DNA from: a virus
Length of the DNA: 64,000 nt
IMG/VR virus record: IMGVR_UViG_3300021141_000706
Strand: one strand, 5' to 3'
The notes under the pieces are model-generated. The model was not told the origin of the DNA. It ran no database searches and saw only the letters and a program-made list of their open reading frames with translations. Positions 1 to 8,903 of this stretch are shown one piece after another (the stretch's first letter is position 1; every line of letters begins with the position of its first letter). The position numbers were made by a program, and so were the translations under genes.

Positions 1-622
1 AGCTAAAAGAAAAGCCATTGAAGAAGCATCTGAATTAGGTACTTATAAAATGACCTTAAAAGGTCGTGGTGATATTAAATTCACTGGTGATTTCTATGTT
101 TATTTTTACTGGAATAATGATAATTTTGATGAAAGCTATGGAGATTGGAAATCATTTGATAGCAGTTCTCTTTGGTTACAATTTGACTTTTCTGTTTTAC
201 CAGCATCTGAAGAATCTAAAGAATTTACTCAAAATGTTCTTAATAAAGAAATAGGTCTTAATTATGACGGTAAATGTTATTTAGGTTCATTTGGTCTTAA
301 TCTAACACAAGGTGGTGCCTCTTATGATGAAAATGATAAACCAACATATGTTCTAAAACCTAATGGTGGATTCTATTTTGAGGAGTATGATAGTATAGCA
401 TGGTATATGGCTGATAGAGGATCTGCTCAGAAATTTAAGAAGATGCTTTATGATGTATTTGAGGGTAATATTGTTTGGAGAGAAACTCCACAATTACCTG
501 GTGGTGTGAAAGAACAAATCTTAGACTTCCTTTGTTCAGATATGGATCATACCTTAGAAGAGTTTGAAGAATTTATAGAATCTCTAAAACGAATAAGTGT
601 AAATAAACTTTATAAAGACTAG
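1..622 (+). CDS. Hypothetical phage protein, 5'-truncated by the window
   Basis: The frame of the 50..622 ORF is open back to position 2 (AKRKAIEEASELGTYKM...). No family recognised. Confidence 0.7.
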   Translation, partial: AKRKAIEEASELGTYKMTLKGRGDIKFTGDFYVYFYWNNDNFDESYGDWKSFDSSSLWLQFDFSVLPASEESKEFTQNVLNKEIGLNYDGKCYLGSFGLNLTQGGASYDENDKPTYVLKPNGGFYFEEYDSIAWYMADRGSAQKFKKMLYDVFEGNIVWRETPQLPGGVKEQILDFLCSDMDHTLEEFEEFIESLKRISVNKLYKD

Positions 623-990
623 TGAAATATCTAAAAAGATTTAATGAATCCTCTGACTTTACTCCAGAAGAAATAATGAAAGAATTAACTCTTGGATTAT
701 TAGATGCTGGTTTACAAGTTAATGTTTATTCTGGTGAATATAAAAAATCAAATCACCCAAGATTTGAAGGTGAGTTACATGTTGAGATAACTGATAATAA
801 TAAAGTATTTTGTAAAAACTATCCTGAAGATGATATGGATTGGTTATATGGTAAACCTGTTATTATGGATTTCTTTGATGAGCTAACAGACTTTGGTTTA
901 ATAAGAGATAAAGATTACAAAGTATATGGTGGTGGATTAAATGTTAATTTAGTCTTCCAAAAAGAAGGACTTAATAAAGTTAAACTATAA
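622..990 (+). CDS. Hypothetical protein with capsid-targeting-like leader (MKYLKRFNES)
   Basis: GTG start overlaps the upstream TAG. N-terminal leader motif. Shares an E-I-x-E-x-x-L-x-x-x-D-x-G block with ORFs 16504, 17335 (C-half) and 23784. Confidence 0.75.
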   Translation: MKYLKRFNESSDFTPEEIMKELTLGLLDAGLQVNVYSGEYKKSNHPRFEGELHVEITDNNKVFCKNYPEDDMDWLYGKPVIMDFFDELTDFGLIRDKDYKVYGGGLNVNLVFQKEGLNKVKL

Positions 991-1014
991 CCTGAAACTC
1001 TTTCAGGTTTTTTT
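989..1014 (+). terminator. Intrinsic terminator
   Basis: aacctgaaa-ctc-tttcaggtt hairpin followed by a T-run. Confidence 0.65.
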
Positions 1015-1016
1015 AT

Positions 1017-1035
1017 TATATTTGTAGAATATATA
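1017..1035 (+). promoter_or_regulatory. Adjacent host-type -7 element (TATATTTG) and AATATATA late-type element upstream of cca
   Basis: TATATTTG at 1017-1024 and AATATATA at 1028-1035, just before the ATG at 1041. No clear -33 TTTG seen. Confidence 0.5.
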
Positions 1036-1040
1036 CACAT

Positions 1041-2210
1041 ATGAAATTAAAAAGATATAATCAATTTTTAGAATCTAAATCTGATATGTGGGATATCATT
1101 CCACAATCAGTGAAAGAGTTACACGAACTATTTCAATCAGCAGGTAAGAAACTTTACTTAGTTGGTGGTTCAGTGCGTGACTTCTTAACTGGTGATAAAC
1201 CAAAAGATTTTGACTTAGCAACCGATGCTCTTCCAGATGAAGTTTTGGAAATTGTCGGAGATAAATTTAGAACTAACCTTCAAGGTAAAGCCTTCGGAGT
1301 TGTTGTAGTTTACACTAAAGAAGTTCCAGAAGGAATGGAAATTGCTACATTCAGAGAAGATGTTTCAAAAGGTCGTAACCCAGAAGTTAAATTGGGTGTT
1401 ACTATTGAAGATGATGTTAAGCGTAGAGACTTAACTTACAACTCTCTTTTCTATGATTTAGATACAAGACAAATCGTTGACTTAGTTGGTGGTAAAGAAG
1501 ATTTACAATCTGGTATTACGAGAATGGTTGGTGATCCTATTGAAAGATTTGATGAAGATTCATTAAGAATTTTAAGAGCATTTAGATTTGCTTCAAGATA
1601 TGAACATCCTTTACATAAAGATACTGAAAGTGCTATTGAGAAAAGAAAACAACTTCAAAACATTGATCCAGAGACTGGTGAAATGAAAAGAATTTCTCAA
1701 GAAAGAGTTTGGGAAGAAATGAAGAAAGCTTGGAAACAAGCCAAAGATTACAGATACTACTTATCATTCTTTACTAAGTTTGATATGTGGGATGAAGTAT
1801 TTCCTGTTGCTAACATCAATACTAATTTAGTTGATTCAAAAGACTTTATAGTTGTTGTTGCTAACTTATTTAAGAACGAATCCACTTTAGGTTTGACTGA
1901 TAGACTAGCTCAAGAATATAAGATTGAATTAGAAACAGCTACTAAAGTAACTTTCTTACTTTCGTTATTAAATTTCAAAGTAGAAGATGTATTTGATATT
2001 TACAAGAAAAGACAACAATGTGCTATCACTGATGCTACTATTTTAGAGTGGTTAAAAGTCGAAGGTATTGATACTGATACTTTAGTTAAGTTTGTTGAAT
2101 ACAAACCAAGTGTATCTGCTCAAGAACTTATGTCTCAAGGATTCAAGGGTAAAGATCTTGGTGATGAAATCAAAAGATTAGAGATAGAAAAATTTAAACA
2201 AATGCTATGA
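1041..2210 (+). CDS. cca: CCA-adding tRNA nucleotidyltransferase (class II)
   Basis: Motifs LVGGSVRD..PKDFDLAT, EIATFR, DVKRRDLTYN, RFDEDSLRILRAFRF, RISQERVWEE, and C-terminal GFKGKDLG. Preceded by an MKLKRYNQFLES leader. Confidence 0.9.
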   Translation: MKLKRYNQFLESKSDMWDIIPQSVKELHELFQSAGKKLYLVGGSVRDFLTGDKPKDFDLATDALPDEVLEIVGDKFRTNLQGKAFGVVVVYTKEVPEGMEIATFREDVSKGRNPEVKLGVTIEDDVKRRDLTYNSLFYDLDTRQIVDLVGGKEDLQSGITRMVGDPIERFDEDSLRILRAFRFASRYEHPLHKDTESAIEKRKQLQNIDPETGEMKRISQERVWEEMKKAWKQAKDYRYYLSFFTKFDMWDEVFPVANINTNLVDSKDFIVVVANLFKNESTLGLTDRLAQEYKIELETATKVTFLLSLLNFKVEDVFDIYKKRQQCAITDATILEWLKVEGIDTDTLVKFVEYKPSVSAQELMSQGFKGKDLGDEIKRLEIEKFKQML

Positions 2211-2671
2211 CACATAAATTAACTTATTTAAAAGATGCGGTTGGGAATAATTATGTTGGAATTAATATTCCAAATGAAGTTGTCGAACCACATTTAGAAA
2301 AACTAAAAGAAATTTTAGGTGAAGAAGATTTTGAAATCTTTACACAAAATCAAAAGACGAGAGATCACGGACACTATCACATTACTGTTATTAATGTAAT
2401 GGATTGTAACCGACTTTCTAAAGAAATGGGAATGGCTAACTTTGTTAAATCAGTTGAATTAGCATTTGATTATACTGTAGAAGATTTAGAACTATTAGGT
2501 GTTGGCATGGCTTCTAAGAATGCCAATACCGCTTACTTTATAGTTTGCTCATCTGATAGTTTAGATGCCGTTAGAACTCGTTTTAACTTACCTAAACAAG
2601 ACTTTCATGTTACACTTGGTTTCAATACTAAAGATGTGTTTGGTGTTCCAAAAAATTTGGTAATAAATTAA
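2207..2671 (+). CDS. 2H phosphoesterase (2',3'-cyclic phosphodiesterase / 2'-5' RNA ligase-like)
   Basis: Two HxT motifs (YHITV, FHVTLG) about 75 aa apart. ATGA overlap with cca. Confidence 0.8.
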   Translation: MTHKLTYLKDAVGNNYVGINIPNEVVEPHLEKLKEILGEEDFEIFTQNQKTRDHGHYHITVINVMDCNRLSKEMGMANFVKSVELAFDYTVEDLELLGVGMASKNANTAYFIVCSSDSLDAVRTRFNLPKQDFHVTLGFNTKDVFGVPKNLVIN

Positions 2672-2722
2672 AACTTTTTTTAATTTCTAAATAAGAAAGA
2701 AACAATTATAAATAAATTTAAA

Positions 2723-2998
2723 ATGGAACTATTTAATTATTACAGCATGGACGAGTGTCCAGAAAGAAAAGTGATCAAAAAAAGACTTACTCAATTAGAA
2801 GAAGAAGGCAAAATCGATTTTGATATCGATGGAGACATTCTTAAAATATCAGACTTAGATTTAGATGAAGATGAGGTTGCTGAGTTAGTAGAAATGTTTG
2901 ATAAATATGATGTCTTTCCTTATCCTGATTATGAAGAAGGAATAGATGATGAAGAAGATGATTACTATGATGGTTTTGACGAAGAAGACGATTATTAA
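2723..2998 (+). CDS. Small, highly acidic hypothetical protein
   Basis: 91 aa, D/E-rich throughout, with an acidic/aromatic tail. Confidence 0.7.
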   Translation: MELFNYYSMDECPERKVIKKRLTQLEEEGKIDFDIDGDILKISDLDLDEDEVAELVEMFDKYDVFPYPDYEEGIDDEEDDYYDGFDEEDDY

Positions 2999-3024
2999 TA
3001 TCAAATTGAATCAATAAGACCTAA

Positions 3025-3057
3025 TAAAAAAACCCAATCATTTGATTGGGTTTTTTA
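3025..3057. terminator. Bidirectional intrinsic terminator
   Basis: A-run, acccaatca-tt-tgattgggt, T-run, between convergent genes. Confidence 0.8.
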
Positions 3058-3058
3058 T

Positions 3059-5872
3059 TTAGAATGTATATTTAACTGAGGCTGATATTGTTTGACCAAA
3101 GTTTATGTTTTGCCAATTGTTATCACCTTTATCATACTTTTGATTACCGTTCAAGTCTTGGAAGTAAACTAAGTCTTGAGCTAAGATATCTTTTATATTA
3201 AGTTTTGTTTCAAAGTGTTTACCAAACTTTTTAGATACTTGAAAGTCTATAACATTTCTTCCATTTTCCCAAACTGAAGGCTCTTGAATATTACCTACAA
3301 TGTAAATTCTTTGACCAATTACATTATAAGATAAAGTTACTGTCATATCTTTCTTAGGTGTATTATAGAATATACCAGAGTTTATAATGTAAGGTGACTG
3401 ACCTTGTAGTGGTCTGTTCTCACCAGAACCAATGAAGTGACTCATATCAACTGTTGACTTTATTAAAGACAGGTTTGAATAAACTGTTATGTTATCCCAT
3501 ACTTTACTTTCTTTCTTACAGAATGTTCCTAAGTTATATCTAATTTCAAATTCAGCACCGATATTTGTTACTTTATTTACATTAGCGTAGTAAAGTTCAG
3601 GTGCTCCTGATGTACCAGTTCTATTGATTAACTCAATTGGATTCTCAAATGTTTTATAGAAACCAGATACAGATATGATTTGACCTTTACCAGGATACAT
3701 TTCCCATCTAACATCAAAGTTATCTATGGTAGCTCTTTTCAAATTAGGGTTACCACTTACTATATTATCAATAACAAAGTTATAGAAACTAAATGGTGCT
3801 AACTCTCTAAACTCTGGACGAGAAACTGTTCTATAATAAGAACCTCTTACTTTCATCTTTTTGTTTAACGAATAAACTATATTAACTGATGGTAAGAAAT
3901 CAACAACTGTTGTATCAATATGTTTATTTTCGTTAGAACCAAACTCAATATAATTAAATTGTTGATTATATGACTCTATTCTTAAACCACCAATGATTCT
4001 AAACTTCTCACCAATCTTTGTATCTGTCATTGCGAAAGCCGCATTTAGAAAAGAGTTGGCTTGATAACTATCATCAACATTTGTAGCTTCATCTAATTTG
4101 AAACCTCCTTGACCATTTGATAAAAGACCCATATTTTCTTGAGAGAATATCTCATCTGGTCCTAATAGTAGTAAGTTACTATTGAATGTGCTACCTGTTG
4201 GTTTGTATTGAGAGAACCCTAAGTTTCTTGATGAGAAATCACGAGTTCTGTATTGATGCCATCCACCTATCTTAAATTCATTTTCTATTTTATTAAAAGT
4301 AAAAGGAATAGACCAATCATAATTAGCACTGTAGATTTTCTCAGATGATTTAGACCAAAACATATTACCAGCCGCAGTTGGAATAGTTCCATTTTGTTGA
4401 ATAATAGCTGTCCATTGTTGAGTTGTATCATCTTCAAGTAATGAATACTTACGATAAACTAATCTTCTAAGATTTGGAATATCTCTTTTAACATCACTGA
4501 ATCCTAAATTCCAGTTCAATTTAGTTTTCTTAATCTCATGTTTACCATATAGTTGTTGAGTTAATAAATTGTTTTGTGTATACCAGAAGTTTGTTGATCT
4601 TTCCCATTGACGAGGATCATTATCCATCTCTCTAACACCGTTTCTAATATTTACTTTATCTTCTGAATTGATAGAATAAAGATTTTTGAATCTAATTATG
4701 TTCTTATCATTAATCTGATAAGCAAAGTTTAACATAGCACTATTCAAAATAGTTTGAGTAAATACAGAATCTTTCAATTCCATTTTTTGAACAACACCTG
4801 CTGATTGTTCTTCAAAGTCTCTTCTTACTGAGTTATTCATAGTAGAAGCACTTTGATAACTATAAGCGAAAGTTATACCAAGTGAGTTATCTTTTTTGAA
4901 TTTGATATATCTACCAATCGAGTATTGTAAACTACCAATTGGTAAAGCCAATCTTGATTTAGTTGACCAAGAAGTGTTAATCATTTTTGATAAATCCGCC
5001 TTATCTGACTTATTTAGAGTAGAAAAGTCTAAAGTACTTGGCATTGATTCAGGTAAACTTCTATAGTTAGAACCAAACCCTAAGAAGTCAGTAGAACTTC
5101 CTTGATAAGTTTTGAAGTTTTGAAATGTAGATATCGCATTGAATCCTAAACCATACTGAATACTTTGAAACTTAGAATCTTTTGGTTCAGATGTGCTGAT
5201 ATTAATAACACCACCAGCAAACTCACCTGGCATATCTGGTGAACCAGACTTCATAACAATTAGATTATCTAACATATTAGAAGGAAAGATATCAAATGAG
5301 AAAGCTTTTCTATCTGATTCTGAACTTGGTAGTGGAGAACCATTTATTAGAGCGAAGTTGTATCTATCATTTAGACCACGAATAACTACAAACTTATTAT
5401 CTTGTACAGAAGCACCACTCACTCTTTTGAATACATCTGATACTTTCGTATCTGGTGTTTTCTTAAAAGTTTCAGCATTAACACCATCTTGAACGACAGC
5501 ACTGTTGCTTTGTTGTTTAACTAAATCAACTGTTGATTCTTTATTAGCTTTAGCTTTAACTGTAACAGTTCCTATGTCTAAAGTTTTTTCCTTTAACTTT
5601 ATATTTAAAGTGTCTTTTGATGTCGCTTTAATGAATTGTGAATGATAACCCATGTATCTAAATTCTAAAGAGTAAGTAGGTTTATCTAAACCTTTCAATT
5701 CAAATTTACCATTTATGTCAGTTGTGGTTCCTTTTCCGGACTCACCTTGAATTAGTATCAACACGCCAATGACTGGCTCGTTTGAAATCGAGTCAGTCAC
5801 TGTGCCTGATATTTGTGAAAATGCTGTAAGTGTCGATATTAAGAATGTAAATATCAGTAAGAGTTTTTTCAT
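3059..5872 (-). CDS. TonB-dependent outer-membrane receptor, Bacteroidota type (CarboxypepD_reg-like N-domain, plug, beta-barrel)
   Basis: Signal peptide, ISGTVTDS..GTTTDINGKFEL, plug motifs IRGLNDRY and PGEFAGG, barrel motifs SRPEFRELAPF and GNPNLK, C-terminal YTF. Confidence 0.92.
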   Translation of the reverse strand: MKKLLLIFTFLISTLTAFSQISGTVTDSISNEPVIGVLILIQGESGKGTTTDINGKFELKGLDKPTYSLEFRYMGYHSQFIKATSKDTLNIKLKEKTLDIGTVTVKAKANKESTVDLVKQQSNSAVVQDGVNAETFKKTPDTKVSDVFKRVSGASVQDNKFVVIRGLNDRYNFALINGSPLPSSESDRKAFSFDIFPSNMLDNLIVMKSGSPDMPGEFAGGVINISTSEPKDSKFQSIQYGLGFNAISTFQNFKTYQGSSTDFLGFGSNYRSLPESMPSTLDFSTLNKSDKADLSKMINTSWSTKSRLALPIGSLQYSIGRYIKFKKDNSLGITFAYSYQSASTMNNSVRRDFEEQSAGVVQKMELKDSVFTQTILNSAMLNFAYQINDKNIIRFKNLYSINSEDKVNIRNGVREMDNDPRQWERSTNFWYTQNNLLTQQLYGKHEIKKTKLNWNLGFSDVKRDIPNLRRLVYRKYSLLEDDTTQQWTAIIQQNGTIPTAAGNMFWSKSSEKIYSANYDWSIPFTFNKIENEFKIGGWHQYRTRDFSSRNLGFSQYKPTGSTFNSNLLLLGPDEIFSQENMGLLSNGQGGFKLDEATNVDDSYQANSFLNAAFAMTDTKIGEKFRIIGGLRIESYNQQFNYIEFGSNENKHIDTTVVDFLPSVNIVYSLNKKMKVRGSYYRTVSRPEFRELAPFSFYNFVIDNIVSGNPNLKRATIDNFDVRWEMYPGKGQIISVSGFYKTFENPIELINRTGTSGAPELYYANVNKVTNIGAEFEIRYNLGTFCKKESKVWDNITVYSNLSLIKSTVDMSHFIGSGENRPLQGQSPYIINSGIFYNTPKKDMTVTLSYNVIGQRIYIVGNIQEPSVWENGRNVIDFQVSKKFGKHFETKLNIKDILAQDLVYFQDLNGNQKYDKGDNNWQNINFGQTISASVKYTF

Positions 5873-5878
5873 ATAGAA

Positions 5879-7462
5879 TTATTTTCTAACTATAATCTTT
5901 TTTGTTGTATTATCAACTTGTAAGAAATAGATACCATTCGTAAGTGTACTAACATCTAAACTAAGATTTCCTGATACTGTTTGAGTATTAATTACTCTAC
6001 CCATACCATCGATTAAAGTTACTTGTACTAATCTATCAGTTGTGATGTTTACATTGTTTGTAGCAGGGTTAGGGTAGATAGATACGTTTGTAGTTTTAGT
6101 AATCTCATTTACACTAACAAATCCACCAACAAATTTAGAGTTTGTGAAATCAGCTCCTGTTGCTACTAATGAAGTAGAATCTAATCTACAGTCAGGTGTA
6201 GTTCCTAATGTTGGAAAAGCATTGACCCAATTGATTTGAGATACTGAAGTTGTTGTATCATTTACTGAAGCAACTGTTGTAAAGAAAGTTGGTGTGGCAG
6301 TTACATAACTAGCACCTAAAGGTAGTTCAGTTAAAACATTGTTTGAGAAAACTAATGTTCCAGATGTTACGTTATTCTCACAAGAAGGACCTTCGATTGA
6401 TAATCCTTTTTCCCAACCAACTACTAAAGAGTTGAATACTGAGATAGAAGAGTTTCTTCTAATTCTAAAAGCTTTTTCAAATTTTTCACCAACTGGTAAA
6501 GATAAAGAACCATTTCCTTTAGCTCCAATAATTGTTAAGTTTGAGAATATTGCTGCTGTTTGTGGTGTGTTAGCTGAACCAGCCGCATCGTTATCTGATT
6601 CTAAACCGTTTGAGTCACCAGCCGCATCATACATAGTATTATCACGAATGATTAAACCAAATTGAATTCTACCTCTGTAACCAAAATCAGTATCGAAGTC
6701 ATCATCAATTCCTCTGTAAGCGATTAGATGTTTACAATCAACTGTGCCACCAAACCATTCGTAAGAGTCATCACCTGAGAAAGAAACTTGTATAAAGTCT
6801 ACTTGAGTTCCTCTACCAACTGAACCAAAAGTAATACCGTTGATTTCTTTGTTTGGTTCTAAAGCGATACCAGCAAATTCAATTCTTACATATTTTAATG
6901 AACCTGAGTTATCATTGTCATCTGATCCACCATATTGTGTATTAGCAGTTGGTACAATACCTTCAATGTTAGCAACACCACCTGGTTGATTATTTGTAGC
7001 TTGACCTAAGATAACTAAACCACCCCAGTCACCTTCAGCTCTATTACCAACTGATTCATTTGAAGTGAAAACGATTGGTAAGTTTTGTGTACCTTCAGCT
7101 ATTATTTTACAACCTTTAGTAACGATTAAAGTTGCTTGTGTTGCTTTGTCACCTCTGATAATTGTACCAGGTAAGATAGTTAATGTAGCTCCGTTAGTTA
7201 CATAGATTTTATTTTGTAATAAAACATTACCACCGATTGTTGTGTTTGTTGTAATGTCTGAGTTAAGTGTAGAAGTAGTTGAAGGATAGTTAGTGTTTTC
7301 TGGGTCGAAATTTGACCATCCATATGTCCAGTTTGTACCTGGTGTTCCATCAGTTACAGGGAATGCTCCTTTGTAAGATGTTGCTGTCCAAAATGTAGAC
7401 TGTGCGTTTAGACTAAGATTAAGACCAAGTCCGATTAAAATAAGAGTAAATAATTTTCTCAT
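5879..7462 (-). CDS. Secreted beta-helix-like protein with T9SS type A C-terminal sorting domain
   Basis: Signal peptide, GDWGGLVILG, SGSLKYVRIEFAG, DDSYEWFGG, DDDFDTD. CTD motifs IYPNPA..GIYFLQV..KKIIV. Confidence 0.88.
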   Translation of the reverse strand: MRKLFTLILIGLGLNLSLNAQSTFWTATSYKGAFPVTDGTPGTNWTYGWSNFDPENTNYPSTTSTLNSDITTNTTIGGNVLLQNKIYVTNGATLTILPGTIIRGDKATQATLIVTKGCKIIAEGTQNLPIVFTSNESVGNRAEGDWGGLVILGQATNNQPGGVANIEGIVPTANTQYGGSDDNDNSGSLKYVRIEFAGIALEPNKEINGITFGSVGRGTQVDFIQVSFSGDDSYEWFGGTVDCKHLIAYRGIDDDFDTDFGYRGRIQFGLIIRDNTMYDAAGDSNGLESDNDAAGSANTPQTAAIFSNLTIIGAKGNGSLSLPVGEKFEKAFRIRRNSSISVFNSLVVGWEKGLSIEGPSCENNVTSGTLVFSNNVLTELPLGASYVTATPTFFTTVASVNDTTTSVSQINWVNAFPTLGTTPDCRLDSTSLVATGADFTNSKFVGGFVSVNEITKTTNVSIYPNPATNNVNITTDRLVQVTLIDGMGRVINTQTVSGNLSLDVSTLTNGIYFLQVDNTTKKIIVRK

Positions 7463-7570
7463 GTTTGTTTTTTGTTGTTTTTTGTTTGTTTTAATGTATA
7501 TATGAATGGAGTCTGAATTGGAAAGTGTCTAAAAAAATTAAAAAATCCTACAACATAGAGCCAGTCTAAT

Positions 7571-7619
7571 GTTCTGTCTTTATTAACTAATTGTTAATTT
7601 TTGGTTGATCTATTGTAAA
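7571..7619 (-). promoter_or_regulatory. 11-bp-periodic direct repeats (candidate OmpR/PhoB-family operator) upstream of the T9SS/TBDR operon
   Basis: Plus-strand pentamers gttct 7571, attaa 7582, gttaa 7593, gttga 7604, gtaaa 7615. Confidence 0.35.
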
Positions 7620-7624
7620 TTTAA

Positions 7625-7656
7625 TTTGGTGTAATATAAAATCTTCCGTATCTTTG
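7625..7656 (+). promoter_or_regulatory. Bacteroidota primary-sigma promoter
   Basis: TTTG (7625), 20-nt spacer, TATCTTTG (7649). Confidence 0.75.
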
Positions 7657-7716
7657 TATTCACAAAGGAAGAGAAAGATTAAGAGATAAAAAAAAATAAA
7701 AAAATCTCTAAAAAAG

Positions 7717-7748
7717 TTTGACAAAACGAAAAAGTCTCCTTATCTTTG
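7717..7748 (+). promoter_or_regulatory. Bacteroidota primary-sigma promoter (second of a tandem pair)
   Basis: TTTG (7717), 20-nt spacer, TATCTTTG (7741), 40 nt before the ATG at 7789. Confidence 0.8.
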
Positions 7749-7788
7749 TAAAACAAATAAGATAAATCACTACTTAAAAAAAGAAAAT

Positions 7789-8409
7789 ATGGCAAATCTA
7801 TTCGCAAAAGCAAAGAAATCAGCACCAGCTAAAACAACTAAAGCTAAAGACGAGAAAGTTCGTATAGCTATTGAAGACAAAACCTTCTTCGATAAAATCG
7901 AAAAGTTAGAAGTACTACAAGACCAAATGAAAGTTGCGAAAGCGAAAGCAGATATGATTTCTGACGAGCTTCGTGACCTTGGTAAATCAGAGTGGGCTAA
8001 ACTTTATGACCAAACAGGTAAAAATCCTGGCTCTGTAATGTTAGAGCAAGTTAATGCTGAAGATGTTGCTCAATTGATGTTTATCCCTACTGATAAATAC
8101 ATCACAATCACTCCAGAAAGAGCTGAAGAATTACAAGAAACATACGGTGCTGAAATCGTTGAAGAAGAAACTACTTTCTCTTTTGACTCTGCTATGATTG
8201 AGAAATATGGTGAAATCCTTTCTCGTCTTATCGAAGAGTCTGATGAAATCAAAGACACTGATAAAGAAAAAATCATCAAAGCTACTACTAAGTACTCTGT
8301 AGCTAAAGGTACAATCGACAAGTTTGCTACCTACGGTGATGTAAACGAAGTGATGGATGCTGTAAAGCCAGTAGTAGCACTTAAAAACGTAGAAATTATC
8401 AAAGGATAA
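7789..8409 (+). CDS. Hypothetical early protein (basic N-terminus, coiled coil)
   Basis: 206 aa ORF behind two host-type promoters. No family recognised. Confidence 0.8.
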   Translation: MANLFAKAKKSAPAKTTKAKDEKVRIAIEDKTFFDKIEKLEVLQDQMKVAKAKADMISDELRDLGKSEWAKLYDQTGKNPGSVMLEQVNAEDVAQLMFIPTDKYITITPERAEELQETYGAEIVEEETTFSFDSAMIEKYGEILSRLIEESDEIKDTDKEKIIKATTKYSVAKGTIDKFATYGDVNEVMDAVKPVVALKNVEIIKG

Positions 8410-8420
8410 TATAAACTTTC

Positions 8421-8455
8421 TGAAAGTGAGTACATATATAATGAACTCACTTTCA
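8421..8455. other. 11-bp perfect hairpin with a CATATATA element in the loop, directly 5' of tRNA-Leu
   Basis: tgaaagtgagt (8421-8431) and actcactttca (8445-8455) flank the loop acatatataatga. Confidence 0.6.
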
Positions 8456-8458
8456 CTT

Positions 8459-8543
8459 GGTCGGGTGGTGGAATAGGTAGACACGAGGGACTTAAAATCC
8501 CTTGCCCCTAAAGGGCGTGCGGGTTCGATTCCCGCCTCGACTA
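8459..8543 (+). tRNA. tRNA-Leu (anticodon TAA), CCA not encoded
   Basis: Acceptor GGTCGGG/CTCGACT, anticodon arm AGGGA-CTTAAAA-TCCCT, long variable arm, T-arm GCGGG-TTCGATT-CCCGC. Confidence 0.93.
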
Positions 8544-8551
8544 CAAATATT

Positions 8552-8625
8552 GGTTGCGTAGCTCAGCTGGATAGAGCAACTCACTTCTAATGAGTAGGTC
8601 ACAGGTTCGAATCCTGTCGCGATCA
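8552..8625 (+). tRNA. tRNA-Arg (anticodon TCT), CCA not encoded
   Basis: Acceptor GGTTGCG/CGCGATC, D-arm GCTC/GAGC, ACTCA-CTTCTAA-TGAGT, T-arm ACAGG-TTCGAAT-CCTGT. Confidence 0.93.
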
Positions 8626-8638
8626 CAAATCAAATAAA

Positions 8639-8896
8639 ATGAGAACATCAATACTATCAGTGGCTGCTTTAGGAATTCTATCAATTGGTTTTATGTTTGG
8701 TTCAGTTGTATCAAACGGTAAACGTGAGAAGATAGAACAGTCTTATCAAAGTAAAATTGACTCACTAGGTCTTATAATTGAAGATAAAGACTGGCAAATT
8801 GAAGAATTAGAAAAAGAAATCTCTTTTAGAGAATCAGAAATTAGCTACTGGGGTCAAAAGTACGATTCGCTTCGATTCGAAGAAAATTGGCCCTAA
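8639..8896 (+). CDS. Small membrane-anchored coiled-coil protein
   Basis: N-terminal hydrophobic helix followed by a heptad-rich segment. Confidence 0.7.
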   Translation: MRTSILSVAALGILSIGFMFGSVVSNGKREKIEQSYQSKIDSLGLIIEDKDWQIEELEKEISFRESEISYWGQKYDSLRFEENWP

Positions 8897-8903
8897 TAAA
8901 GTA

